From Octopus bimaculoides (Eukaryota): a DNA stretch of 64,000 nucleotides. The notes below the pieces were generated by a model. The model worked only from the letters and a program-made list of their open reading frames with translations, ran no database searches and had not been told where the DNA came from. The stretch is taken from assembly GCF_001194135.2 (NCBI RefSeq), contig NC_068991.1:66327916-66391915 (forward strand). The letters run 5' to 3'. Shown here one piece after another: positions 12,516-27,033 of this stretch. Both the position numbers and the translations under genes were made by a program. Position 1 is the stretch's first letter. Every line of letters begins with the position of its first letter.

Positions 12516-15138
12516 NNNNNNNNNNNNNNNNNNNNNNNNNNNNNNNNNNNNNNNNNNNNNNNNNNNNNNNNNNNNNNNNNNNNNNNNNNNNNNNNNNNNN
12601 NNNNNNNNNNNNNNNNNNNNNNNNNNNNNNNNNNNNNNNNNNNNNNNNNNNNNNNNNNNNNNNNNNNNNNNNNNNNNNNNNNNNNNNNNNNNNNNNNNNN
12701 NNNNNNNNNNNNNNNNNNNNNNNNNNNNNNNNNNATTTATATTTTTGTGTGTGTATATAGATGTTGTTTACCAAAAAGTAAAAATGGATATTTTCTTTAT
12801 ATTGGGTATATTTTGAAATTTATTCTTTCCGTTTATTTATTTCACACACATACATGGGTCATGACATCAACTAATTTCTGATTAGTTGTAGAGCACTCTC
12901 AGTCAATAGCTACCTCGATTATATGACTCAAAATGTACCTTGAGAGGTGGCTCATTCATGTCGAATTAAACCCTAACCCCACTTTACAACATTAAGAATT
13001 GAATCTGAAACAAAGAAACATGTTTCATAGTAAATATATTTGATAAACTGAGTCAATACCAAAAAAATAGGATGACATTATCAAGTAGTAAAACCAAATA
13101 AGTCAATCAAAAAAAGACTTTGATATGGTAGAGGCTGAGGGAAAAAGTGTCATTGTAGCTTGTAAAGTTAATCTCTTTTCCACATAGTCATTAAAACACA
13201 ATACTAAGTACAATGGAAGACATTGCTATCATATTGAATAAAAAAGGCAAAAGTATGAGACGGTCTCTCTCTCTGTTCTCTTTCTCTCTTTCTACAGCAT
13301 AATTAGATCTTTCAGTGACTAAGAAGAATATATAACGATCTAAGATATATAACGATCTAATCAGGACAGTTTTACAGTTGTTATCTTGGTGGTTGTTGAT
13401 TAACTACAAGTCGATGCCAATTGAATTAAACTACGATCAAAGGCTTCCCAGTCAGCTGTGACCACCACATCTGTTTTACCCTTTATGTTTTACTTGTTTA
13501 AGTCATCGAACTGCAGTCATGCTGGGGCACAGCTTTGAAGGGTCCATGCTTTTAAGTCTGGTGCTTATTCTATTGGTCTCTTTTGCCGAACTGCTAAGTT
13601 ACTGACATGTCAATGAACCAACACCCATTGTCAAGCGATGGCAGGAGGACAAACACAAAGAGACATATTTACATACAACAGGCTTCTTTGAGTTTCCGTC
13701 AACCAAATCCACTCACATGGCTTTTGCCTGGAGCTATAATAGAAGACACATGCTCAAGGTCCTATGCAGTAGGACACAACCTGGAACCATGTGGTTGGGA
13801 AGCAAACTTCTTACCACAGAGCTATGTCTGTGCCAAAAATAATGTGCCCCAGATGAGAGACATAATGCATCAAGTACATAATCGAATATATTCTTTCGAT
13901 TTTTTTCTTTGATGGGGGCGGAGTGGGGAGGATTTAAGACAGAAGAGTGTGATTGAAGGGAGGTTTAACTGCTATTTTCAACAGGCCAAGCTTCTTCATT
14001 TGTTCAATCTTTATAATATGAGTGAAGCTTAAAGAGACCATGTGCACTTCTATATGAGCCTTCACCTAGTTCCTGTTGGTTAAGTGAACTGGAGGAATGT
14101 TGAATGAAGTGGATTATCCAGAAAAATCCATGTAATGCTAAGAGCAGATTTGAATCCATGACCTACAAATAGTTTAGTTTTAAATATAGTTTAACAGTAC
14201 AACCATCCCATCCTCTACTATCTAAGTACACACGAAGATCTACTTGAAACATGTGGATATTGAATGAAAGATTCCAAGTTCTGCTCTACGGTAAGCAGCA
14301 TGGGCTAATGAAAATAATATCTATAAGTGATTGCTGGTCATGCTAGAAATAGCAGCCAAATCTCCCTTGCTCATACTACACCATATACTTTAAAAAAAGA
14401 CAGAGTGGATAATGTAATCTAGAGTATACTATATGTCTTTCTGGGTCTGACCTGGGGCTAAACAGCTGTACCAACATTATACAGTATCATAACCTTATAT
14501 TGCATTACACCTCTTTCTCTCTCTTTCTCTCACACACACTATTGCTCTCTCACACTCATACACTTTATCATAGACTTTCTCTCTTTCACACACAGGTATG
14601 CACACATGTTATTGGTTACACTGTTTCTCTCTCTCTCATGTACACACACATACACAAACATACCATCACTTACTTAATCAAACAAACTATTTCAAAACTA
14701 TCACACACTCTTCCTAAGATATCTTATTCCATTACTGAAATTTCTGACAATTAAAAAAAAAATAATAATAATAATAATAATTTTTAAAATTCTTATAGTT
14801 CACTGAAGAAACCATATCTGTGAAAGCGTAACTGCATGGAAGTTGTGAATCTTAGCTTTACTGAAAATTCTCATTTAGAGATTTTGTAAAAATTATTAAT
14901 GTTATCTCTCTTATCAGGATGGAAATAACATTTTCAGAATTGAATTTCCATAGCAACAGACTTACAATCCAAGAACTTACTAAATTCTTTACATCATTCA
15001 TGGTTTATATTGAGAAAATTTTTGTCGTTGTTGAAGATAGATGTTTTATATGTATGTATGCATGCATGAACGTGAGTATGTATGTATGCAGAGCCAAAGA
15101 GATTTATTCATGTATAATTACATGGAAAAGTGATTTAA

Positions 15139-15337
15139 CCCTTTAGCAACCAGATTACTATGTCAAATATAATGCTTATTTACTCACATTGTTTTGAATT
15201 AATCATGTATAATCTCATAGCTTTGAGATTTTGATGATGTGACTGTATATATTTAGAGTGACATTGTAGGGTAGGTATGAGAAACCAGATCGGGCCAGTT
15301 TGAAAATAAAACATGCAGAATATTTGAGCCAGATATC
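15139..15337. mobile_element. Second copy of the same piggyBac-type MITE, interrupted by a V-domain SINE
   Basis: TTAA CCCTTTAGCA start and internal similarity to 1293-1512; cut at about 15337 by the (ATC)n SINE tail. Confidence 0.7.
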
Positions 15338-16376
15338 ATCATCATCATCATCGTTTAACGTCTGCTTTCCATGCTAGCATGGGTTGGACGATTTGACTGA
15401 GGACTGGTGAACCAGATGGCTACACCAGGCTCCAATCTGATCTGGCAGAGTTTCTACAGCTGGATGCCCTTCCTAATGCCAACCACTCCNNNNNNNNNNN
15501 NNNNNNNNNNNNNNNNNNNNNNNNNNNNNNNNNNNNNNNNNNNNNNNNNNNNNNNNNNNNNNNNNNNNNNNNNNNNNNNNNNNNNNNNNNNNNNNNNNNN
15601 NNNNNNNNNNNNNNNNNNNNNNNNNNNNNNNNNNNNNNNNNNNNNNNNNNNNNNNNNNNNNNNNNNNNNNNNNNNNNNNNNNNNNNNNNNNNNNNNNNNN
15701 NNNNNNNNNNNNNNNNNNNNNNNNNNNNNNNNNNNNNNNNNNNNNNNNNNNNNNNNNNNNNNNNNNNNNNNNNNNNNNNNNNNNNNNNNNNNNNNNNNNN
15801 NNNNNNNNNNNNNNNNNNNNNNNNNNNNNNNNNNNNNNNNNNNNNNNNNNNNNNNNNNNNNNNNNNNNNNNNNNNNNNNNNNNNNNNNNNNNNNNNNNNN
15901 NNNNNNNNNNNNNNNNNNNNNNNNNNNNNNNNNNNNNNNNNNNNNNNNNNNNNNNNNNNNNNNNNNNNNNNNNNNNNNNNNNNNNNNNNNNNNNNNNNNN
16001 NNNNNNNNNNNNNNNNNNNNNNNNNNNNNNNNNNNNNNNNNNNNNNNNNNNNNNNNNNNNNNNNNNNNNNNNNNNNNNNNNNNNNNNNNNNNNNNNNNNN
16101 NNNNNNNNNNNNNNNNNNNNNNNNNNNNNNNNNNNNNNNNNNNNNNNNNNNNNNNNNNNNNNNNNNNNNNNNNNNNNNNNNNNNNNNNNNNNNNNNNNNN
16201 NNNNNNNNNNNNNNNNNNNNNNNNNNNNNNNNNNNNNNNNNNNNNNNNNNNNNNNNNNNNNNNNNNNNNNNNNNNNNNNNNNNNNNNNNNNNNNNNNNNN
16301 NNNNNNNNNNNNNNNNNNNNNNNNNNNNNNNNNNNNNNNNNNNNNNNNNNNNNNNNNNNNNNNNNNNNNNNNNNNN

Positions 16377-16411
<35 letters not shown>

Positions 16412-16663
16412 GTGTGTGTGTGTGTGTGTTTGTGTGTCTGTGCTTGTCCCCCCACCATCACTTGACAACCGATGCTGGTGTGTTTACGTCCCCGTAACTT
16501 AATGGTTCAGCAAAAAGATACCGATAGAATAAGTACTAGACTTACAAAGAATAAGTCCTGGGGTCGATTTTCTCGACTAAAGGCAGTGCTCCAGCATGGA
16601 ACACATTTCTGACATTGGTGTCATACTCTCCTAACAAAGGTGCTGAAGTAGTTGATATACTCA

Positions 16664-16887
16664 TATTTGAGGGAAGTGTGGAAAAGTTCCTGGCTTTTAG
16701 GATATAGTGAAAAATCTGGTTAGAGGCCCAACCTTCTGAGTTCTTTTACAGGGCTTAAAAACACTGGAGGACTGCTGCAATACATGTTTGAATGTGAGAG
16801 GGGAATATGTTGAATAAAATCATAATTAACTGATCCTCCTGTATTTTCTTTTACCAAAAGCCAGGAACTTTTCAGCACCCCCTCATA
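16664..16887. mobile_element. Tc1/mariner-type MITE
   Basis: About 30-bp imperfect TIRs (GAGGG...GAAAAGTTCCTGGCTTTT / AAAAGCCAGGAACTTTTCAGCACCCCCTCA) with TA at both ends. Confidence 0.75.
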
Positions 16888-17582
16888 TGCAATTATGCAG
16901 AACATGTGGCAATATATACATTTGAATGTTGGTATGTAGTAAATATATGAAGGGGAGAGTGAGGGGGTAGAGAGTAACAGTGAAAGTATGTATGCGAGAG
17001 AGAGAGTGAGAGAGAGAGTGTGAGAGAGAGTGTGTGAGAGAGAGTGTGTGGGTAAGAGAGAGAGAGTAGATTGAAGATGAATAAATACAAAAAAATCTAG
17101 AGAGGAAGATGGAAGAATAGAAATGGTGAATAACTGTGAAAGTACATGTGTGTATGTGTGTGTGAAGAGGAGAGACAGACAGAGACCGACAGAAAACTAG
17201 AAGACCATATCAGATACCTACACATTATGCACAAATACATTTGGACAGTAATAAAGTCTTGGTACAGTGAAAACTATTGTCTAATTAAGTAAAGTGTGTA
17301 TTTTCAGAACAAGGCAAGACGTCAGAATATAAGTCAGTAGATACTAGCTACAGTCATGCAACAGTGGTCACATCTAGTTAAATCCAGGACACTGGAAACA
17401 GAATTAACACTATAATTTCAGAACTTAATTATATATATATAAATGTATATATTAAACTGAATTTCTTTCTTGTGACTTGAGTTTCATGCCATAGTGATCA
17501 TCAGGTAATTATATATAAACAGACAACCAAGCAAATTCTTGAAACTGAACTTAGTTGACGGAAACTGAAAGAAGCCCATCAT

Positions 17583-17643
<61 letters not shown>

Positions 17644-18178
17644 CGTGTATATATGTATGTATATGTATATGTGCATGTGTTTTTGTTTACATTTGTGCTC
17701 TCTGAAAATCATGAGTTGCAAATGGTGTTTTTTTTTGCTTCTCTTGTCAACAAATCGTCTGTTTGCTTAGTGCTCCTGAAGTCGTCTGAAATGAGATCCT
17801 TTAGTTGAAAAGCAACTAAGGATTAGCAACATGAAGGGAAAATTGCTGTAAAACAATGCTTCAACAATATTTTTATCTAACTCATGCAAGCATTGAAAAA
17901 TGGACATAAAAATGAACAGATGAATGGCATAATGGGGAGACAATGTACTAGAAGATTAATTGTAGACTTAATCTGTTGCCTTGTTTAACACTCCTGCCTG
18001 GCGGTTGGATACTTGTGGAAGAGTCCACTCTGTTTGCAAGAATTCAAGTAAGGTCTCCATTCAGTGGATAACTTCCTCCCATCTTTTCCACCACTGGTTT
18101 TGGAGGTGCTACAAAAGTCTATGCATGGTACCTTTCTCTAACTAACACTAACACTCACTTGCAACTATTATGCAATAG

Positions 18179-18560
18179 TGGAGGCGCAATGGCCCAGTGG
18201 TTAGGGCAGTGGACTCACAGTCATAGGATTACACTTTCAATTCCCAGACCAGGCGTTGTGAGTGTTTATTGAGCGAAAACACCTAAAGCTCCACGAGGCT
18301 CCGGCAGGGGATGGTGGCGAACCCTGCTGTACTCTTTCACCACAGCTTTCTCTCACTCTTACTTCCTGTTTCTGTTGTGCCTGTAATTCAAAGGGTCAGC
18401 CTTGTCACACTCTGTGTCACGCTGAATATCCCCGAGAACTACATTAATGGTACACGTGTCTGTGGAGTGCTCAGTCACTTGCAATGTTAATTTCATGAGC
18501 AGGCTGTTCCATTGATCGGATCAACTGGAATTCTCGTCGTAGTAACTGACGGAGTGCCAC
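18179..18560 (+). mobile_element. Family C SINE
   Basis: Colinear with 19679-20062. Confidence 0.9.
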
Positions 18561-18610
18561 GATTATGCAATGTCAAAACAAGGGGACACACACATACAAC
18601 TTTGTGTGTG

Positions 18611-18652
<42 letters not shown>

Positions 18653-19678
18653 ACAGGCCACTTCCAGTTTCCATCCAACAAATCTCACAAAGCTTTGGTT
18701 CCCTTGGGGTTATAGTAAAGGACACTTGTCCAAGGTACCAGGCAGTGGGACTGAACTGAAAAACCATGTGGTTGGGAAGCAAACTTCTTAACCACACAGC
18801 CATTGCTGCTACATGAAGTCCAGTCCTTCAGTAGTGATTCGCAACAACCAATAAGATTACAAACATTTCTGATGATAGTGATGACGATGAGAATCGCACT
18901 TTCAATTATAAATTCCTCCAACTGCAACATGGTGCAGATGATGGAAACACCAAGCCATTGTCCCATGAGACTAAAGAGAACTCTGATGAATATTATCTGT
19001 AGCATGACTCACTTGTTAATGGAATTTTGTGAATATAAGAAAAATTCAGATATGGCTTCATTCTGTTAATTTTGTGGTGAATAAAGATTGGTTTTGGTAA
19101 ATTACCACATAACTGTAGCTGAGCATACGATTGAGTTGACTCCAGTATATGACTGATATTTATCTCAAAATTAACTCAGAATAATTACGAAGGATTGTGA
19201 AAAACAAGTTTGGTCCTGACGAGATTTGAATGAAGTAACAGATAAGCAGTGACTTTTGGCAGAATTGATAATGTGCTGGGAAAAATGCTTAGAGGAATTT
19301 CTTTTGACTTTATGTTCCGAGTTCAAATTTTGATGGGTTTGACTTTGCTTTTCAGCCTTTCAGGGTCAATAAAATAAGTACTGGTTGTGCACTGGAGTGG
19401 TTGTAATCAAGGTAGCCCCTCCCCCAAAATTGCAGGCCATGTGCTAAAATTTGGAACCAATATAGGTACAATACCACAAATTTTCATGGTAGAAGTCTAA
19501 TTGTTTAATTTGACCCAAGTATCTGATTGCTTCTTGTTTTATCCCAAAATAAAGTTGAATTGGTTGGGATTTGAACTCAGAATATCAACATCATCATCAA
19601 CGCCTGGACATCAGTGTTTTGAGTCTTAGGACTCATGGAGCCAGTTACCCACATTCCATAGTGTATAAGTGACCAAGA

Positions 19679-20062
19679 GTGGAGGCACAATGGCCCAGTG
19701 GTTAGGGCAGCGGACTCGCGGTCATAGGATCGCGACTTCGATTCCCAGACCGGGAGTTGTGAGTGTTTATTGAGCGAAAACACCTAAAGCTCCACGAGGG
19801 TCCAGCAGGGGATGGTGGCGAACCCTGCTGTACTCTTCCACTACAACTTTCTCTTACTCTTACTTCCTGTTTCTGTTGTACCTGTAATTCAAAGGGCCAG
19901 CCTTGTCACACTGTGTCACGCTGAATATTCCTGAGAACTACGTTAAGGGTACACGTGTCTGTGGAGTGCTCAGCCACTTGCACGTTAATCTCACGAGCAG
20001 GCTGTTCTGTTGATCGGATCAACTGGAACCCTCGACGTCATAAGCGATGGAGTGCTAACAAC
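19679..20062 (+). mobile_element. tRNA-derived SINE of about 385 bp (family C)
   Basis: Head GGAGGCACAATGGCCCAGTGGTTAGGGCAGCGGACT...TTCGATTCCC; 12-bp TSD AAGTGACCAAGA at 19667-19678 and 20063-20074. Confidence 0.9.
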
Positions 20063-20273
20063 AAGTGACCAAGATCACAACATTCCCCTTGAATGGGACA
20101 CCAGTCCATAGCAGGGTTACTCATTCACAGTTGAGGGGATTAAAACATGAAATGAAGTGTTTTGCGCAAGAACACAATACACCACCTATTCTGGGAATTG
20201 AAACCACGATCACAAAATTGTGAACGTAACACCCTAACCACTAGGCCATTGCACTTTCACTGAGAATGTAAAT

Positions 20274-20522
20274 CCATGGTTCTCAACCATTTTTTGTCAA
20301 TGGACCCCTTTGGTTCCTATTTTACTCTACTGGACCTCCTTAGACAGTCGAAAAAAAATTCTACAGTATTTATATAAACAAATATTATTAGGGATTATAT
20401 AAAAAAAACTAAAATACATTTGTGTATTATAGAAATGTAAGCAATTTCTTGCGCATAAAATTTAAGGACAAAATCTTATATGGACCCTTGAGGGTCATAT
20501 GAACCCCAGTTGAGAACCACTG
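20274..20522. mobile_element. hAT (Charlie-like) MITE
   Basis: TIR CCATGGTTCTCAAC / GTTGAGAACCACTG; exact 8-bp TSD ATGTAAAT at 20266-20273 and 20523-20530. Confidence 0.85.
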
Positions 20523-21480
20523 ATGTAAATGGATATAACTAAATACCACAAGGAATTTCATACATTGCTCTACTGATTCTGCCACCCACTACCTTCCATA
20601 GAATCTACTATAATAATACTCTTGTGTTTTTCTCCGGCACAACATATGAATGAGAAAGGAAGGAGTGATAGATGAATAAGGAAGGAAGGGGTGATGGCAA
20701 ACTGGTAGTGGGAGCGTTTCAACTCTGTGTGAGTATATGTGAGTGTATGTAAAAGGGAGGTATGTAAATGTTTGTGTGCGAGTGTATGTATGTGTGTATA
20801 TGTGCAATTGAAGTAGGATGGTGAACATTCAACGCTGAAAAGAAAAATCAAACAGCGTTTCAACTCTGTGTGGGTATATGTGTGTACATGTACAAGGGAG
20901 GTATGTGAATGTTTGTATGTGTGAACCAGTGTTCTTGCAGTAACAAATGATGATCCATGTCACATCTCAAAAGACAATCACCAGGTAACATTGATAAGTG
21001 TATTCATTTGATTTACCATCCATATTTATATATAAAATACTACAATTAGCTGTCCTTTTTGACGGCAGGTGGGGCCAGCTAGTAAACAAATATTGGCAGA
21101 CCAATATAAAGATGTCGTGAACTTTAACTCGGGCTATTTACAGAGTGCACTACTAACATACTTCTAGACCAGCTTTGTCTTACATTTTCTGCACTAAACT
21201 GTCATTTAACACCTTGTAATAAAAACAAGTTAACCTCTGAGCTCACCCACGTATTATTTTAAACACAAAACAAAAAAACAGCACAAAAGAGAACAATAAA
21301 TTCTTTGGCTTTCAATGTGAACAACTTTGTTGTATTTATTTAGCTCCTGAATATGAAACTAGAATAAACTGTTGCTGGCTGATGGCAACCTCTAACAGTC
21401 AAACAGGAGGTTGGGACACCAACTTTTGTTATATAATAGTAGGTTATTAGTAGCCTAGAAACTTAGCAAAGCCTGATGAC

Positions 21481-21512
<32 letters not shown>

Positions 21513-21601
21513 GAGTGTGTTTGTGTGTGAGTGTGTGAGTGTGTTGTTATACATACAAACACACAAACATATATGTACTTGTGTGTATATAGCTGTGTAT
21601 G

Positions 21602-21644
<43 letters not shown>

Positions 21645-23636
21645 TACACAAATATATATACAAAGAGAGAGAGAGAGAGATGTGAATGACATACTACATG
21701 TGATATGACTCAATATAGAATTAAATACCATGAACCAATAATGATAGTGTGTATGTGTGAGGGAGAGAGAGAGAGAGAGATAAAGAGGGGGGGGTGACAA
21801 TAATCTGTTGGATATTTGAGCTCAAAGGAAGATCTGTTCAATGAACCAATCAAATTAACTAAAGACAAAAATATTTGAACTGCTGCAGACATGAGAATCA
21901 AATATTTAGTAATCTCTCAATTGTTTTTACTTTCTTTTCAACATTTCCCCATACTTTTCCATGTTTGTCTGGCTGAGATTGTCTTTGTTATAGGACTCAA
22001 ACCATATTTTAAAATCCTTACGACAAAACTTGACTAAATATTTGTTATTGCTACTATTGCTGTATGAAAGCATGTGGCCTAGTGGTTAGAGTGCAAGCTC
22101 ATGATCGTAAGAACGCAGTTTCAATTCCAAGCTGGGAAGAGTGTTGTGTTTTTTTGCAAAACACTTCATTTCACATGGCTCCTGTCCGCTCAGCTGCAAA
22201 TAGGTCACCCTGTGATGCACCAGCATCCTGTTTAGGGGGAATGTTGTTATCTCATTTATAAGCCATGGGAACAAGCTAACTAGCTCTAAGAGCCTTAGGA
22301 CTCAAGTCAGTACTTTACTTACTGTTGTTGTTGATGTTACTGATGTATTCATACTAAACATACAGTGTCTCCTAGCAGACAGTTAATACAAAGGAGATAA
22401 TCAATTCATAAATTTTGGTGGGATTAAAAGATTGCATTTGAAATTCAGGAATAAGATTAAAAATTTGTAAAGTACACATGTGCCATGCCTGTGCTGGTGC
22501 CACATGAAAAGCACTTGTGCTGGCAGCATGTAAAACGTACCATGTACACTCTGTAAAGAGGTTGGCATTAGGAAGGGCATCCAGCCATAGAAACTTTGCC
22601 AAAACAGACAACTGGAGTGTGGTGCAGCTCTCTGGCTTTTCAGCTCCTGTTAAACCATCTAACTCATGCCAGCAAGGAAAACGGATGTAAAATGATGATG
22701 ATGATGAAAAAGATATATAGAATGCATATATTTAATTGTTTATTGGCATTGCTTCCTTATTATGAAGTTCTTAAAATTTCTAAACAGTGGTAATCATACA
22801 TAGCATTGTTTCATTCTTTTTAAAAATCAATGAGATCAAAAATGTATTGTCAAATTGATTTTTAAAAATCAATGAGATGAAAAGTATGCTGTCAAATAAA
22901 CAGCTACCAATAAGAGTGAAGAAAAGAGTCTGGAGGTATATACATAAGACCCATCCTGACAGTGTATGAGACATTTTGGCACAGCTGTTTTGGTGCCATC
23001 TATTTGGTATTGTTGATTTGATGCCAACTTATTTCAGCTTGGGACATTTTAACATTTCATTTGTTCTCTCCATGCCTCTCCTCTCTCCCTCCCTCTGTTT
23101 ATGCATGTGAACATCAAGTTATGTTAGTATGTATGTATAATGTCTCTTCCTCAATCTTTCTACTTGTATGTATATATTTCTGCACATGTGTTTGTGTATT
23201 TGCCTCCAGTGCCAAAGCATACTGTTACCAAAAACAGGTTGAATGTCCACTCAATCATGTGAAATCATCAGCGTTTGAAGAGCTGTGCTCAATCATCAAA
23301 TTCCAAATCTTTAAATATCAGGTAAGGACCTGTAGAGAACTGAAACACAAATTTCAAAACAATTTCACCATAAAATACTTGCAGACACAGAGGTCAATGC
23401 TACCAGTAGCTACTTGATCCTAGCTCAAACAAATAATGGAGTTTAAGTGAGGAATGTTAACATTATAGCACTGGTGTCTTGCTTTTAAACTTGACACTAT
23501 TCAAGGGTTCCAATGCTTTGAAATGGTCACATAAGAAGATTGTTAGGCAGAGGCGAGCAAGTTGCACACAACGGAAACTACTTCAAATTTCACTCAACCA
23601 ATTTAAAAAAGGAAAGAACACTTAAAAAAAAGCAAG

Positions 23637-24540
23637 TACAATGATAATACTTATGATCATGTTAATCACTGACTCGCACGTCACTGATCTGGGATAACAT
23701 GGTGTGCTCAATTGTGAATCCTGCTGTTCTTATCATGGATTGATCTGTGGTAACGTTGGTTGGTGATCTGTTGAAGATTCTGCTTGTACAACAAAAATGC
23801 ACCCCAGCAAAGAAGATCCACAATGTTCAGCTATTCAGAATGCATTGCCTATTGCTTGTGTTTATATGAGTGTGCTGCAAGGCTGTGTATATTTTTTATA
23901 TGGATTTAAGTACTCACAGCTGTCAACATGGGACCAGTGAACAGAGACAGTAAAAAGGTGCCTGACTCTAACACATGATGCAGACAAATGTATTCTCTAT
24001 GGGAAAAGGTAGAGATGATAAAGAAAATACATGACAGTGGAAGCTTCACAGATATGGACTGCAAGTTTGGTATCAATGAATCAACCATTTGTTCCATTTA
24101 CAAAGTGCATGGAGATGACTCATTTATCACTATTTGTTTTAACATATTCACTGCATTAAACAAGGACATATTTGATAATAATATTAACAGTCCAAGCTAT
24201 TTCTACAAAGACTTTACTGTTGTGCCCTGCAAGTTTGATGCCAATGAATCTACTATTTGTTTCATTTACAAAGTACATGGAAATGACTCATTTATCACTG
24301 ACTTATTTATTTATCATTTTTGTTTTAATTAAATCTCTGTGTTAAACATGGATAGATGTAATAATAATATAAACAATCCTAGATATTTCTCTAAAGGCTT
24401 CACTGCTGTGGGCTGAGAGGTTGGTGTCAATGAATTTACCATTTGCTTCATTTACAAAGTACATGGAGATGACTTGTTTATCACTGATTTATGTATCACT
24501 ATTTTTCTTTTTAACCAAATCCTTGTGTTAAAAGGAGGAT
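23637..24540 (+). mobile_element. Tigger/pogo 5' remnant (psq/CENP-B-type HTH) with a derived tandem triplication
   Basis: SLWEKVEMIKKIHDSGSFTDMDCKFGINESTICSIYK matches the N-terminal HTH of Tigger transposases. The unit recurs three times at about 170-185 bp spacing. Confidence 0.6.
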
Positions 24541-24930
24541 AGGCGCAGGAGTGGCTGTGTGGTAAGTAGCTTGCTTACCAGCCACATGGTTCTGGGTTCA
24601 GTCCCACTGCGTGGCACCTTGGGCAAGCGTCTTCTACTATAACCTCGGGCTGACCAAAGCCTTGTGAGTGGATTTGGTAGACAGAAACTGAAAGAAGCCT
24701 GTCGTATATATGTGTATATGTTTGTGTGAGTGTGTTTGTCCCCCCAACATCACTTGAAAACTGATGCTGGTGTGTTTACGTTCCCGTAACTTAGCAGTTC
24801 GGCAAAAGAGACCGATAGAATAAGTACTAGACTTATAAACAATAAGTCCTGGGGTCGATTTGCTCGACTAAAGGCGGTGCTCCAGCATGGCCGCAGTCAA
24901 AAGACTGAAACAAGTAAAAGAATAAAAGAA
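24541..24930 (+). mobile_element. Family B SINE inserted into the third Tigger-derived repeat unit
   Basis: Full head-to-tail copy; the interrupted unit resumes after 24930. Confidence 0.85.
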
Positions 24931-25169
24931 TAGTTGTAATAATAACACTAACAATCCAAAGGCAAGATGGTCATGGTTTGAAAATTTTGATCATAGGTCT
25001 TCTTGATGAGAGTTGACCTAGTGTTAAACAACAACAAGAAGGAGGATGGAGGTTAACCCTGATAATCTCTAGACTGAGGTGTATAGCAACAAGTTTGATG
25101 ATTATATATAGCCACAGGTATGTAGATAAATAAACAACAGGTTAGGAGCTGGCACTGTGGGAGGGGAAG

Positions 25170-25345
25170 AAATAAAAACTTCTTATGTCAGTGTATGCAT
25201 GTATGAGTGTGTGTACGTGTGTGATGTTTGTATGCATGTGTATATGCATGCGTGTAATGTTTGTATGCATGCGTGTGTGTGTGTGTGTGTGTGGATGTAT
25301 GTGCATGCATGTGTGTATATAGAGATTCATGCTTATGTATGGATG

Positions 25346-25387
<42 letters not shown>

Positions 25388-25506
25388 GGTATTTCTAGGT
25401 AACATGCTCGTATATGTATATGTAAGCATGTGTATGTGTGCACGTGTGTATGTATGTGTGTGCATGCATGTGTGTATATAGAGATTCATGCTTATGTATG
25501 GATGCA

Positions 25507-25537
<31 letters not shown>

Positions 25538-25682
25538 TTATAGGCAAACACATGTTTATATGTGTGTGAGTGTGTGTGTGTGCAGATATAGGTATGTCTA
25601 GGTAACATGCTCGTGTATGTATATGTGAGTGTCTACGTGTAAGAGTGTTCATGTAACATTTGTGTACATGTCTATACACGAA

Positions 25683-25731
<49 letters not shown>

Positions 25732-25830
25732 ATGCACACAAACGTGTATATGTGCATATATGTATATGCACACATAAATATATGCAAGTGTATGTGTGAG
25801 CGTGCATATATGCATTCTTGCACATGTCTG
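25170..25830. repeat. Complex (TG/TA)n low-complexity tract with internal duplications
   Basis: ATAGAGATTCATGCTTATGTATGGATGCATGTG and AGATATAGGTAT..CTAGGTAACATGCTCG each occur twice. Confidence 0.8.
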
Positions 25831-26254
25831 CAAATCCAGGTGTTATTATTATAATTGCATGAGATGCAGCTGTTTCATTGAGGATGTAGGTAGACAGAAA
25901 GATGTTAGTAGACATCATCACCATCATAGCAACAGCAGCAGCAGCCTTGAAAATTGTGTAAAGATGCATGGATAATAGGGGTGGGATTAGACTGTGCATA
26001 TGTGCAAGAGTGCATCTACGTGAACATGTGCTTATATGTGTATGTAAATGCAGGTATTGTGATCATTGCATGAGAGGTAGCTGTTTTGTTGAAGGTATGG
26101 CAGGTAGATGTTTGTTTACACCTTTGTCAGCTTCAGCAGCCTTGAAATTAGTGCAAGGCTGTGCAACAGAGGGGGTGGTGGTGGTGGTGGTGGTGGTGGA
26201 TCAGATAAACATATGCTGTCTAAACTGGAGGGTAGAGAGAAAAAGTGCATGTAT

Positions 26255-26265
26255 GAAAGAGAGAC

Positions 26266-26307
<42 letters not shown>

Positions 26308-26728
26308 AGGGGGGAGAGAGAGAGAGAAGGGGGAGAGAGAGAGAGATAGACAGAGAGAGAGAGAGATAGACAGAGAGAGAGAGAGATAGACAGAGAGAGA
26401 GATAGTTAGATAGACAGAAAGAGACAGAGAGAGAGAGAAATAGAGAGAGAGTGAAATAGAGAGAGAGAGAGAGAGAAATAGACAGAGAAAGACAGAGAGA
26501 CAGTAAAGGAGAGAGCGACAGAGAGACAGTAAAGGAGAGAGCGACAGAGAGGGAGTCAGAGAAAGACCGAGAGAGAGAGAGAGAGAGAGTTAAAGTGAGA
26601 GAGCGACAGAGAGAGAGAGTTAGAGAGTGAAGAGAGAGAGAGAGTCAAAGAGACAGAGATAGAGAGATAGACAGAAAGACAGAGATGGAGAAATAGACAG
26701 AAAGATTGACAGAAAGTTAGACAGAGAC

Positions 26729-26782
<54 letters not shown>

Positions 26783-27033
26783 AATAGACAGAGAAAGAAA
26801 GAATTAGACAGAGAAAGACAGAGAGACAGTAAAGGAGAGAGAGACAGATAGGGAGTCAGAGAAAGACCGAGAGAGAGAGAGAGTCAGAGTGAGAGAGCGA
26901 CATAGAGAGAGTTAGAGAGTGAGAGAGAGAGTTAGAGAGTGACAGAGGGAGAGAGAGTCAAAGAGCAACAGAGAGACAGAGATAGACAGAAAGACAGAGA
27001 GATGGAGAAATAGACAGAAAGTTAATCAGACAT

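Noticed and set aside
8893-16468. Long ORFs in the track that cross N gaps (also 47499-48118 and 63107-63397)
   Set aside because: Artefacts of X translation across assembly gaps and microsatellites.
20715-20925. Direct repeat of about 65 bp around a 75-bp spacer containing a strong acceptor-like site
   Set aside because: Low-complexity local duplication with no donor or coding evidence.
23210-23330. Exon-like segments on both strands (AKAYCYQKQVECPLNH... on +; GPYLIFKDLEFDD* on -)
   Set aside because: Splice signals exist on both strands, with no recognisable homology and no way to choose; may be chance.
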